Shown: positions 28,072 to 41,180, counted from the first letter of the stretch. The stretch is 64,000 nucleotides of DNA from Eledone cirrhosa (GCA_964016885.1 OZ024740.1:393886001-393950000), one strand, 5' to 3'. Translations and numbers: made by a program. Notes: generated by a model not told the origin, from the sequence alone.

Positions 28072-28381
28072 CTCTCTCTCTCTCTCTCCACATTCTTTTT
28101 CCTTCTTTTATTTTATCTCTTTTTATTTCTCTGTTTCTCCTTCATATCGTCACTCTCAGACACAAACCACATATACATATTTTCTGCGTATACCCCCCTC
28201 CCAGCCCCACCGACGTTACTGACTGCAAATTCTATGAATGCTAATGGAGCTAGAAGAAAACAGAATATAAGGAATACGAATGGCGGACTTGTATCTCCAT
28301 CCTTTCTTCCGCCAAATAATGGTGAAAATATTCCGCAAGTTTTCTTCTGGATAATCATTATATTTGGGTGATTAACTCAAT

Positions 28382-28545
28382 AATAATTGTTTCTACTTTT
28401 GGCACAAGGCCAGCAATTATCAGTACATTACTGGTACTTTATTTTATCGACCCCGTAAGGATGAAAGGCAAAGTTAACCTCGGCGGGATTTGAACTCAGA
28501 CCGTAAAGGGACGTAACTATGCTGGAAAGCATGGTCTCCGACCTA
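28382..28545 (-). mobile_element. tRNA-derived SINE (main family)
   Basis: Consensus match on the minus strand. Confidence 0.88.
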
Positions 28546-28924
28546 ATTAAGGAACAAGACCAGCAATTTGAGGGGATGGGAATATCAGTAATAAACACAA
28601 ATATTAATAATATGTTTTTTATTAGCCACAGGGAGTGATTGATGAGAATACATTACATGAAAAAATTACCAAATAAATCAGTAGTGGGTTTGCATAAAAT
28701 CAAAACTAAATATTAATAGAGATTTCTAAAATAGGCAATAGTCGATTTAATCTCTCCGTGTACTTGACTGGTATTTTATTTTATTGATCCTACTAGAAAG
28801 ATGAAAAACAGGTGGACATCGACAGAAGATAAAGAGACACAACGAAATACCATCACGAATTAAACCGTCACTACCATCTCCTCCTTCAGTAAAGTCAAAG
28901 AAGAGGTAGGGTTGATTACTTATT

Positions 28925-29116
28925 ATAATTGTTTCTACTTTTGGCACAAGGCCAGCAATTACCCAGTGTATTACTGGTACTTTATTTTATCGACCCCGTA
29001 AGGATGAAAGGCAAAGTTAACCTCGGCGGGATTTGAACTCAGAATGGCAAGGGCCGTAACTCAATGCGTCAAAGTATGGCGTCCGACCCTCTACCGATAC
29101 TGCCAATCCACCGCCC
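28925..29116 (-). mobile_element. tRNA-derived SINE (main family), full length
   Basis: Consensus match on the minus strand, ending ccaatccaccgccc. Confidence 0.9.
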
Positions 29117-29419
29117 TTATTATAATGACAACCGGAAGGATGACAACTGGTAGAATTTTAACACTCTCTCTCATATAAGAGACAGACGAACTATTCAATT
29201 CTAAAAACTTGATCAAAGTGAGAGCCTTTTGTGATCGCTTGACCTGCTAGAAATAGCAGTCCTATCTCCTTACAAGTACACCTTATTTCTTTAAAAATAA
29301 GACAGATTGGATAATGTTGTTTTAGGTTTCCTGTGCAGAAGAAAAAATGGCATGGTTACGGCTTGAATACCTTTTAACATAGACCTTCTCAATCGGGGTT
29401 GATCTGGATTACAACAACC

Positions 29420-31000
29420 GAGGTCCCTATTTCAGTATCTCTCGTTCATCTGAAAATTATAAGCCAACTAATGGTCTGTACGCAAATCTGCATTTCCAAA
29501 CCACCAACAGCTCTATTGAAGCTCCTTATCCTCTAAAGAAAGCCACTCTGACCACATAACCACATGCACCCTTGAAAAGTACATACATTTTACCCACTTC
29601 TCCAAGACCATCATCTGAACTGCGAAGATCTCCATGCATTGCACAGCTCTCACGCTCTCCCGCCTTGCAATTTGTATCTGATCTTTTTTCGGTTACTTGC
29701 CAAAAGAAGATCGATCAATTTTGCAGAATCATCCTTTCCTCCACTTCTCAACTATATTGGTTCTATAAGTACTTCTACCATGAAAACCCCAGCAAATACT
29801 ATATACGTTGCATCCAGATTCATACTGCATGCACTAGGTATCTCTTCCTAGACTAACACTTCCTACTTCACCAGGCTCACCTCCATGCACATATGTCGTG
29901 TGTGAGAGCACATCCGATTATACCAAACCAACGAGGTCAGCACGGATAGCCTTATCCTCATGAAACATTTCAGCGGTACGTATAATTCTCTATTCTTTCT
30001 CTCACCAGCAATATATGCAGTAGCAATATACTATAGTAGCAAGACAGACAACCTTTCAGACCCCATCAACTACTGTCTTTTTGCACTCCCTTCACCATCT
30101 CAAAAGTGACGGGTACAACTATTAGCAACAGTCTTTTCCAAACACTTGAATCTTCACCTCTTGAGGGATTACCTGAATGACTTTCGTAGAACCAGATAAG
30201 TTGAAGTCCAATCCTGTTATATCACACACAGATTTGAGAAATTTGTGGAAATATTATTGTCCCAGACATAATAAGGCTTTCGATTGTGTCTGATACACGA
30301 ATCTCCCAGCAACTCTGTTATGAGCCTTCTCTTATACAGCAACATTTACTTATATAACCCGTTATTCCTACCTAAACTTTCGCACCCAGATATTCTCCTT
30401 ACTCAATAAATCTGCACTGGTTCTATAAACAAAGATTTGAATGTGAACTAATATGACGTTATGAGTATCTTTTTTCTCGTTCAACAGCAAAACTGACACA
30501 ATTACTACACATTAACTAAGCATAATGCCTCACAGAAACCTGAACAGTACGTAACTAGAACCCTCACGGTTCAAATAATTCCTTACTGTCAATGAAGATC
30601 TCTCTCTTGACGAACGCACATGTTCAATATAGCAAACACTACATTAAAACGACGAGTCAGAAAATAATTTGTAGCCAGAAAATACTTCCGCGCTAAGTAT
30701 TTTATCAGTTCTATGCGCTCTTTCATCTCTCTACAAAGCTCAGGTAAAACACACAATGGAAATCTGTTGCTACATTTGGGAGTATTTTGCTATTCCACCC
30801 ACACATAGATCGTATCGGAAGAACTTCACGACTGTAGTTCATCTGCACACTCCAACGTCTGGCTAAATCTTCTCATCTTGTTTTTTCTTTTGTAGCTATC
30901 GTGGCCTCAACTCTTTAGAGCTCACTGGCCTTGTGCCACATCTCCTCAGGTACCCATGTCTCACTCATATTTCCTCCTCTTCGACTTGCTTTATTATACC
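29420..31000 (+). mobile_element. Decayed CR1/L2-like LINE RT remnant
   Basis: Remnants resembling PxNYRPIxLxSxISKV (~30060), DIxKAFDxV (~30265) and YKAQVxxxMExCxxIW (~30732). Many stops and frameshifts. Confidence 0.6.
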
Positions 31001-31523
31001 AAGGAGCCACTACGTCATCGCTCGATATGCTAGAAAAAGCAGCTAGATATAAATCAATCTATAGCCAACTGTCTAAATGTATCTATGAATTTTACTGATT
31101 GGCCAATAATATAATTCGTACATAATTTTAAAATAAAATAGAAATGTAGTGGCCTGTAGCAAAGTAGCAAGTAGCCCAAATAAAAACAAAGTGTCGTGCA
31201 GTCCTGAAAACTTGTACTTGGAATTGTATTTGGTGCTCTATCAATTCTGCCACTTAACCACCCTTTTGGTCTTCAATAATATGATTCTAATATAACTACG
31301 AGGTCGTATGTTTTATAGGAGGGAACAGTTGATTATATTAAACCCAGTTTCTTCTATCTTTTCCTGTTTATAATGTCAAGTATTTATGCAAATAAATGTC
31401 CTTTTCTACCCACTCACTAAACGTATTTGAATAGTTTTTCATTTTATTGGTTCCAAAAAGTGAAAGATTCCATAAGATTTAAAGTGTGAAGGAGAGTCGT
31501 TACTAAACAACGATGAAATATAC

Positions 31524-31708
31524 AATAATTCTTTCTACTTTTGGCACAAGGCCAGCAATTATCCCAGTCCATTACTGGTACTTTATTTTATCGACCTCGT
31601 AAGGATGAAAGGCAAAGTTAACCTCGGCTGGATTTGAACTCAGATCATAAAGGGCCGTAACTCTATGCTGCAAATCATGGCGTCCGACCTTCTACCGATA
31701 CTGCCAAT
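31524..31708 (-). mobile_element. tRNA-derived SINE (main family)
   Basis: Consensus match on the minus strand. Confidence 0.9.
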
Positions 31709-33199
31709 GATGGTTTCTAAGATTGGTTTAGGAAAACAAATTATGGAAGAGGATCTTGTTAACTAGATTGATCACAGTACTTGAACGGTACTTTATTTTA
31801 TCGATCCTCCTGAAGAATGAAAACCCAAGACGACGGTGGCAGCATTTGAACTCAAAACTTAAAGGGACAAAACTGATTATAACAGGTTCGATATTACACG
31901 CGATTCTGCCAATCCACTACTAAAGTTTAGTAATATTAAGAATGAAATATTTTAATTTTCAACAGGTTTATTCATGGTCGTTGACTTCAGATTTTGGAAA
32001 GAAGACAATTATGCTGTACAAGTTGTGAAAAAGAAAAAGATTTATAGCTTCGTATTAATTTTTCAGGAAGGATTTTCATTGTAAATAATAGAAGTGGCGC
32101 GTTTGTTTCTATTTCAAGGCGAGTCACTAAACTATGTAAGAATTCTATAATGAAATTGAATAGTAATTTTACCAGATTCTGTCACAGTCTGTGAATATGT
32201 GACAGTCAGTTTGAATGACAAATAATAACACGGATGCCTGCACGAGAGATAAACAGTCGATCAGAAATAATTTATTTTCCAGTCACCGTTGTCGTCGTTG
32301 TTGTTACTTATGTGGTTGGCGTTGATGTTGTAGTTGTTACTGATGTCATCACCATTGTAATAGTTCTTGTTGTTATGACAGCGGTGTGTCATAATCAACA
32401 GTATACCAGGCTGTGTTCCTTACTGTATTAGGTTCTATGTTTAAAATCCTACTAGGGTTAATATTTTCCAATAAACCCACCGTAGACAATAAAACCAGTA
32501 AAAGTCAGATCGTCCTCCTCCTTATCATCACCATCATCTTTGTCATCATCGTGTTTCTCGTCATCATCCTTATCCTCCTCACCTACCTCATGTGACTTCC
32601 CCTCACAATTCGCAACCCAACCATCATAATATTCAAATCTGCTGACCTTAATTTCATCCATGATTATCGATGAATTATTACTAGTCAACTGGAGAGGGTA
32701 ATCGAAAAGTCTATACCATTCCATTTTACAAACAATGTAATGTGTGACAATGATAGATCTCTACTTTTAACAACGAAAGAAATATTTGAACATATAAAAT
32801 ACCTTTGTTCAAAAGATGTGGGTCGTTTAATCGATTAACCCATCAGAAAAAAAATATCAGCGATCTCCGGAATGTACATAAAATATGGTGGGTGAAAAAA
32901 TTTGTGGAAGGCTCTGATACGTCTTAATTAGTGGGTATCCACCCTAGTGTATGTAGGTAACCCTAAATGGCTTTCAGGTTTTATATATCTTGTGTTACTT
33001 TTTGTTGGCTTCATAAAAAATTCATACTTATTTCATGTTTCATTAAATTTTAATCAGTTTATTATATAACGCACTTGCCCATAACAGTTTTTATATAACT
33101 TTATTTGTCCAGCCCCCACATTTATTGGAACCATTATATTTATAACGTTTATTGTATTATATGTGCAAGCCCACGTGGATAATACATTATTATTATTAT

Positions 33200-33605
33200 T
33201 GGTGGATTGGTAGTATCGGTAGAGGGTCAGACACCATGCTTTGTAGCATAGAGTTACGGCCCTTTATGATCTGAGTTCAAATCCCGTCGAGGTTAACTTT
33301 GCCTTTCATCCTTACGGGGTCGATATAATAAAGTACCAGTAATACACTGGGTAATTGCTGGCCTTGTGCCAAAAATAGAAACAGTTATTTTTGGTGGATT
33401 GGCAAAATCTTTAGAGTGTCGGAGTAAATGTTTTGCAGTATTTATTACGTCTCTTTACATCCTGAGTTCAAATCCCGCCAAGGTCTACTGTGCCTTTCAT
33501 CCTTTCGGGACCGATAAAATAAAGTACCAGTAATGCACTGGGGTAGATTTAATCGACTTTCCCCTCCCTCAAATTGTTGGCCTAGTGCCTAAATCAGAAA
33601 CCATT
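33200..33605 (+). mobile_element. Two tandem SINEs (short subfamily followed by longer subfamily)
   Basis: Copies at 33200-33390 and 33391-33605. The second has an extra ~30-bp segment (gtagatttaatcgactttcccctccctcaa) before the shared 3' end. Confidence 0.88.
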
Positions 33606-33678
33606 ATTATTATTGTTATTGTTGTTGATGTTGTTACTGTTGTTATTACGGCCGTTGTCGTTGTCATTATTATCATCG

Positions 33679-33733
<55 letters not shown>

Positions 33734-34794
33734 CATCGTTGTCTATGTAGCCATCATCAGTAAAGATATGAAGTTTTACAACCGGATATTTACTGGAAAA
33801 CTGTCACATATGTAGGGATATGCACATTACATAATCATAAGCCTTGAAGTATACATGAAATTGTCTCAAAAATACTACCAGAAGAAATAAAAGCTAGGAC
33901 ATGCATTTGGAGCTATTATTTTTTCCGCAAGAAGGCATACATTACCAGTTGATAGAATGTTGCGTTCAAAAAAATTCATTCTGATTGAACATAATTTGAG
34001 GTGAGCCTATTGCATTAGAGGAACATTGAAAAAGTATTTTTCAAGTTAATAAGATATTTGTCAGATGCTCTGTACAATTTGGTGGAGATTTTGACTTTGC
34101 CATAAACCGAAGCCATGAATGATAGCAGATCAGCCACGACTTATGTTGGGAACTACACATTATATAGATAGATGGCGTGGAAGAGTAAAAGAATACACCA
34201 CCAGGTGTCCAGCGCGTGGCCCCATTTGCTCACAATTGTGAGAGATGAGGAAAGCAGGAGAAATGGAGGCAGTGACAGTGGGAGTTTGGTTCTTATGCGT
34301 CCGGACTTGGTGTATTTATGAGTATATAAGAAAGAATGAGTCTAAAAGCTGTTTCTTGTTAACCACCACAACAAGAATTTATCTTAACATAGAAAATGTT
34401 ATGTTTTGGTGAGAAATATAGAAAATACTTTTACTAGCTTACGGACAATTTGTTTCAGTTCAGGAAATATTAGAATATTATCACTTTTAATGACGGAATA
34501 CAAATCCACCGTGAGCCAAAGCGGGAGTCTCTACGCAGTTTCTACTGGAAATTGCAGCCACATTTCCTTCAAATTACGCTTAAAAAGGAAATGACACATT
34601 GAATAATATATCTAGTCCTAGATATATGCCTGTAAATAAATGACTGGCTGTCCATGACTGGGATATCTTTGATCAGGACTGATTTGGAGCTAAATATCAA
34701 AAATGTTTAACATTAGTTTAAAGTCCAGCAGCCTTTCAAATCTGTAAGTTTTCGCTTTCCTAAAACACATGAATTTATTGATTATAAGTGGACA

Positions 34795-35434
34795 GCAACA
34801 GAAGTAGTAACAGCAGCAACAGCAGCAGTAGCAACAGCAGCAGCTAGAGCATCCTCCTCAGTAGCATCAGTGTCAGCAGCAACAGCAACAGCAGCAGCAG
34901 TAAAAGCAGTAACAACAGCAGCAGCAGCAGTAGTAGTAAGTAGTAGTAGTTAGTAGTAGTAGTTAGTAGTAGTAGCAGTAGTAGTAGTAGCAATAATAGT
35001 AATAGTGGTAATAGTTAGTAGTATTATTATAATTATTATTAGTAGTAGTAACAGCAGCAGTAGTAGTAGTAGTAGTAGTTAGTAGTAGTTAGTAGTAGTA
35101 GTAGTTGTAGTAGTAGGAGTTAGTAGTAGTAGTAGCAGCAGCAGCAGTAGTAGTAGTTAGTAGTAGTTGTAGTAGCAGCAGCAGCAGCAGCAGTAGTAGT
35201 TAGTAGTAGTAGTAGTAGTAGTTGTAGTAGTAGCAGCAGCAGCAGTAGTAGTTAGTAGTAGTAATAGTTGTAGTAGTAGCAGCAGCAGTAGCAGAAGTAG
35301 AAGTTAGTAGTAGTAGTTGTAGTAGTAGTTAGTAGTAGTAGTTAGTATTATTAGTTAGTAGTAGTAGTAGCAGCAGCAGCAGCAGCAGCAGTAATAGTAG
35401 TAGTAGTAGTAGTAGTTGTAGCAGCAGCAGGAGC

Positions 35435-35480
<46 letters not shown>

Positions 35481-35545
35481 ATAATAGTAGTAATAGTTAG
35501 TAGTATTATTATTAGTAGTAGTAGTAATGGTGTTGGTGGTGGTAG
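34795..35545. repeat. (AGT)n/(AGC)n compound microsatellite
   Basis: Direct reading. Confidence 0.95.
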
Positions 35546-35759
35546 CAGAGGTAGAAAAGAATAAAGTGAGCCGCAGGGGTGAGGTGGCGGAGAGGGTGAA
35601 GGTTGTGGTCCGTTGTACATTCTTGTAATGATATATAGGGAGATTGCTTTCCAGTTTAGTGTTAACACATGAAGAAATAATTCAGAGAAGAGAAAACATG
35701 TGGAGTGTCAGAGAATGGATATATATATATATATATATATAAATATATATATATATGGT

Positions 35760-36162
35760 GGCTGCCAACTCGTTTTCGAGTACGGCCACTACTTTACATC
35801 CATGTAGGAGAACCCCTACCGATGCGCTGAACGGGTGTGACTTTTTAGTCCAGCCTGCGACATGAAAACTCTGGTACAAACACTACACTTGTGACAATTA
35901 TTGACACATAGTGCTGGGCCCATGGTACCATGTGATGACAAGTGCAGAGAGATCTCCAGATATAAAGCAATGCCTGTGCCGTGAAGCTTTTATAGTGAGC
36001 AAAGGCACTGCACAAAGCCAGTCCCACTCTCTTAACCAAGATGATATTTACCAAAAAGAAGAACAAGTCAACATCATTGGATACCATCATGGTTGCAGGT
36101 GTTATATCAGAGTTTTCCTTCTCATAGAATTCTGCCTTGACAAAGGCTAAGGGGTCATCTCT
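35760..36162 (-). mobile_element. Repeat resembling an RTE-type 5' region; related to 40367-40600
   Basis: The minus strand reads gaccccttagcctttgtcaaggcagaattctatgagaaggaaaactctgatataacacctgca..., matching the plus-strand copy at 40378 onward. Confidence 0.55.
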
Positions 36163-36179
36163 TATATATATATAAGTAT

Positions 36180-36367
36180 GTATACGTACATACATATATG
36201 TATACAGACGTACAGTAGTATGTATATATATATACATACATGCACATATATATATATATATGTACGTATGGATTCACCGAACATTTATTATAATGCTCGG
36301 TGTGTTTGTATGTATATATATATACATACTACTGTACGTCTGTATACATATATGTATGTACGTATAC
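36180..36367. repeat. Inverted repeat with ~61-bp arms
   Basis: 36180-36240 and 36307-36367 are reverse complements, including the non-microsatellite core cagacgtacagtag. Confidence 0.85.
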
Positions 36368-36429
36368 TTACTTATATTTAAGTAACAGCCGTACTAAGAG
36401 TGAGAAATGAAATTTCGTTTCATTTTTCC

Positions 36430-36461
<32 letters not shown>

Positions 36462-36463
<2 letters not shown>

Positions 36464-36664
36464 CAAAGAAATTGTGGTAAGGAACCAGATGGACCATAAC
36501 GCACCAGAGTACTCAATACTTAGGGTAGTAGAGTGGGAAATAGGAAAAAAGTATGACCCCGACGGCAGAGTTCAACCCGTTTCGACGGCTATTTCTGGAC
36601 TCGAATAGTCCAGAAATAGCCGTCGAAACGGCTTGAGCTCCGTCGTCGGGGTCATACTTTTTCC

Positions 36665-36666
<2 letters not shown>
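36462..36666 (-). mobile_element. Fold-back element family A
   Basis: Arms 36541-36600 and 36608-36666 with loop tcgaata. Lies within (TA)n. Confidence 0.85.
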
Positions 36667-36725
<59 letters not shown>

Positions 36726-36746
36726 TTATTATATATATTTATTTAT

Positions 36747-36780
<34 letters not shown>

Positions 36781-37181
36781 TTGATAGATAGTGAGATAGA
36801 GAGGTAGAGATAGATAGATAGAGAGAGAGAGAGTGAGGGAGAGAGAGAGTGAGAGAGAGTAAAAGAGAGTAATATGGGAATAGAATATTGAGATTGAATC
36901 ACTTCCGTTACGTTTCGTCGTGGGATATAACAAGAGAAAAAATAAAAACAATCGACAGTAAATTGGATTGACTTGACATCGTATCTCCGATGGCGTAACA
37001 AACACATATAGACTGGTGGATAATAATTTGTCAATTCACCGAGACTCTTTTATAACAACATTGCCGCTTCAATTCTCTTAGATCTACACGCATACAAACA
37101 CACACATATATGCGTTTGTGAGTACATATATATATTTATATATATGAGTCCCAGGTTAATTTTGATATATATATATGTGTA

Positions 37182-37230
<49 letters not shown>

Positions 37231-37234
<4 letters not shown>

Positions 37235-37413
37235 AAGTATGACCCCGACGGCAGAGCTCAAGCCGTTTCGACGCCTATTTCTGATAGCCGTCGAAACGGC
37301 TTGAGCTCTGCCGTCGGGGTCATACTTTTTCCTATTACCCACTCTACTACCATAAGTATTGAGTACTCTGGTGCGTTATGGTCCATCTGGTTCCTTACCA
37401 CATTTCCTTTGTT
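37231..37413 (+). mobile_element. Fold-back element family A
   Basis: Hairpin with apex near 37280, followed by the family tail. Lies within (TA)n. Confidence 0.85.
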
Positions 37414-37444
37414 ATATATATGTATTATATATATATATAGATAT

Positions 37445-37480
<36 letters not shown>

Positions 37481-37860
37481 ACTCTGAGTAAACACCGTTA
37501 ATTTTCTGCCTCATATCAAGGATTTGAAGACAATTCATTTTCACCTGACCAGATCAGTGATAATCGATCATGGCTACACGATCGATCTATTTCTTATTGA
37601 AACATGTGTCGTGATTAAAATGATTGGAAATTTATACCATGCCTTCGGATCTTTATTTTGATTTACTCGTTTTATTTAAAATCCTTTAAAATGATAATGA
37701 TATTTTTATGAAATAGTATGGTAGAATATTAAATGTTAAATGTTAATTGAACAAGTACTTTCATACTTTCGCAATCTTCAGGTTCATATTCAGCGGTGAC
37801 AGTCAAGTTTATACATATATATATATATATATGAGTCCTAGGTTCAATTTGATATATATA

Positions 37861-37921
<61 letters not shown>

Positions 37922-37933
<12 letters not shown>

Positions 37934-38168
37934 ATAGCTTTCATCGTATTTTAAATAAAGGAATTTTAGCTTGATAACGGGGTTTAGAACCCTCAGATAA
38001 ATGGAAAAAGATGAGTATTGACGTACATGGGAGTCGAACCACAGATGTGGGTTCGACTCCCATGTACGTCAATACTCATCTTTTTCCATTTATCTGAGGG
38101 TTCTAAACCCCGTTATCAAGCTAAAATTCCTTTATTTAAAATACGATGAAAGCTATATATTTTCTAAT
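37922..38168. repeat. Perfect palindrome: 119-bp arms with a 9-nt spacer
   Basis: 37922-38040 is the reverse complement of 38050-38168. A B-box-like ggttcgactccc sits at the apex. Flanked by (TA)n. Confidence 0.92.
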
Positions 38169-38627
38169 TTCAAAATCGCTCACTGTTTCAAAACATACTT
38201 ACTTGATATATATATATATATATATATCATAGAAATGGCTTCTACAGGGTTAGAACTGTTTCATTCTATATTAAATATTTATACTCTGTTATGTATTGAG
38301 TACCTTACTTACTGTGGTTACCCCCGATTGAACCCAGGATACACACGCGCGCGCACACACACACACGCGCGCATATATATTTATACATATTTATATATGT
38401 GTGTGTATGTATGTGTGTTAGTGTGTGTGTTCATTATTTTTCACATGACTCCAGCAGTCTTTCATGACTTAATGCAAACCTTCAGTAGAAGAGTTATGTT
38501 ACAGAAATTAACCCTAAAAATTGTGATATAATCTTATTTTGTCAAATTTTGTATTACATATCACACATACACAACATACACGTACACACACATACACGTA
38601 CACACACAGACACGCACACACACGCAA

Positions 38628-38725
<98 letters not shown>

Positions 38726-39539
38726 TTCTTACAAGCAATATGAACAGATTCTTCCCAAATCAACGAGAACTGATTATTTGCCTTCAATTTGCTGTTTTAG
38801 ATAGGATGCAGCAATGTATACAGCTTCTATGTTTCGTGCATTATATACAGTTTCAAATTAACTGCAATCAATGATGAAGGAGTTCTTTATAAATTTTAAA
38901 TAAGTGATGTTACAAATAATTGTATGACAAGTTACAAATATTACTAACGCTAGTTCTTTTTCTACTAGAAAATAAAATTAACTTAAATTGAATTAAAAAC
39001 AAACTTCTTTGCGAGTTTACTGCAGATTTATTTCAGTACTATTTTTTAGGCTTTGTTAGATCGACTTTGTTGACTCCATATTTCAGCATTTACTTAAAGC
39101 TATATTGTTATTGTATTTCACTTTTATCACCCAACTGGAGAAGTGTGGATCAGTTAGTCAGAGCATTTTAGAATATTTCATCCTAATTTTACCATTTGCA
39201 CATCGTATAAATGGGTATCGTCTCGGAATAATCAGAATTTATTTAAAATATACTAATGCTGTGCCCCAGTATGACCGCGGCCAAATGACTGAAACCAGCG
39301 AGAGTGTAAAAAGAGTTTTTGCAAACTTTGGCGGTCGCTAAGTATAAGGTGAGAGTTTCACTTTGTCAATGAACATAAATGTGACATTGTAAATATAAAG
39401 AGCAAACAAAGTTCTGCTCTGTGACTGACTGTATAATTACGTCCAACACATTTCATTTCGCTTTATTATAACAGAGAACATCTACAAAGTTGCTCATCAT
39501 GCTAAAAATGAGAGAGATATATGTCGGCCTCCATGCATA

Positions 39540-39792
39540 TCTGTCGTTGTACGTAAAAGGAGAGTAAGATTTGCTGGCCACTGCCATCGTGCCACCTATG
39601 CGGCTGTGTCTCCATGAGTGCTTTGGAAACCACAAGCAGTCAGTAATAACAAGAGGCGCAAGCTCTCCTATCCCGATGTCATCTCCAGAGATTCTGGTAT
39701 TGAAATCCAGGACTTGGCAACGGCAATGAACGACAGACCCACGTGGAGATCAATTGTTGAGTTCATTACGGCTGGGGTCACCGGATGATGAG
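39540..39792 (+). mobile_element. RTE-like LINE 3' fragment
   Basis: Translation remnants FAGHCHR and LATAMNDRPTWRSIV, followed by a short (GAT)n tail. Confidence 0.55.
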
Positions 39793-39910
39793 GAAAAATA
39801 GTAGCAAAATATGATTCAATTCATATCCAAATGTCTTAATTTGTCTCAAAAACTTTCTGATTGGCCCAAAATATCATTAGTATAAAATTAAAAAACTAAA
39901 TACGTACGCC

Positions 39911-39949
<39 letters not shown>

Positions 39950-39973
39950 ATGTATGTATGTATGTATGTATGT

Positions 39974-40165
39974 CGGGTCACTCTTGAGTGCTACTGGTAA
40001 CATGTAACCCAGTACAACCTGTCACATGGTCGGATCGTCGGCGCCAAAACCGGCAACCCCACCAAGTTATCTTGGTGAGGAGGGTGATTTTGGACACCCT
40101 GCAGGACAAAAAACAAAACGTGACAAAGGGCGGAAGAACTCAAAAGAGTCAACGGCCATCCATCC
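39974..40165 (+). mobile_element. ~190-bp GC-rich structured repeat, copy 2
   Basis: Co-linear with 21700-21892. Follows a (TGTC)/(TGTA)n tract. Confidence 0.75.
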
Positions 40166-40199
40166 AAAAATGTGTAAATATGTATATACTTATATATAC

Positions 40200-40285
<86 letters not shown>

Positions 40286-40366
40286 ATAAACTTGTATGCA
40301 AATGTATATATATTTGCGGGGACATAGAAATAATTGGGCTGGACACCCGATCGCGCAGTTAAACCA

Positions 40367-40600
40367 CTGGGAGTGAAGGACCCCTAGCCTTTGTCAGGGC
40401 ATTCTTCTAGGAGAAGGCAACTCAGGAAACTGGGATAACTTCGATATAAAACCTGCAGCTCAGTAGTTACCGATGATGTTGATCTTTTCTTCTTTTCGGG
40501 TTATAGCTACTGTCGCTCAGAGAGTGGGATTGGCTCAGTGCACAGTCTTTCCTCACTTTAAAAAATTCTTCGCGCACAGGCATTGCACGATGGCATTAAT
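40367..40600 (+). mobile_element. Repeat resembling an RTE-type 5' region
   Basis: Sequence gacccctagcctttgtcagggcattcttctaggagaaggcaactc... is homologous to the minus-strand copy at 35975-36162. Confidence 0.55.
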
Positions 40601-41034
40601 TAATAATCATTAATAAAGGTATGTCGTGCAATGGCCATACTCGATAACGAGGGGGCAGCCATCATGTATGTATATATGTGTACACAGGTATGGCTAAGTT
40701 GATAATAAGTTTTGTTTCACAACCATGAGGTTTTGAAATTCGATCCCATAGCTTCAGCTTGTCTCATGCCGCTTTGTAAGTGAAATTAGTTTGACAGAAA
40801 CTATAGAAACTCGTCAGATGACGTGTAATTGAAATGTCCACATTAGTCACATATTATGTGACTAATGTGGCTTCTGGTTGTGTGAAGAACAGTTTTTCAA
40901 CAAAACCAAGTAATGCAATAACCATAGATATAGATATGAATTTATAGTAAATCTATAGTAACTGTGGAATTCTCATTAGTTGCTTCTGCACAGTAGTTAC
41001 CTCTCATTCTCTCATTCTCAAAAAACGGTTCTAG

Positions 41035-41180
41035 TTCTTCTTCTTCGTCGTCGTCCTCATCGTCGTCGTCATCATCGTCGTCATCATCATCGTCATCATC
41101 GTCGTCGTCGTCATCATCATCATCATCATCTTCTTCTTTATGTTTCGTACTACTACTACTACTATTACTACTACTACTAT

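Noticed and set aside
31950-32070. Host exon after an acceptor-like ttttaattttcaacag
   Set aside because: There is no convincing donor, the frame is short and no protein is recognisable. RNA-seq would be needed.
33860-34380. Tc1/mariner DNA transposon remnant
   Set aside because: Only a vague resemblance; no TIR pair or DDE motif could be shown.
37281-37320. Complete hammerhead in the family A copy (ctgatagccgtcgaaac)
   Set aside because: CUGAUAG is not CUGAnGA and no stem II can form. It is a chance product of the hairpin apex.
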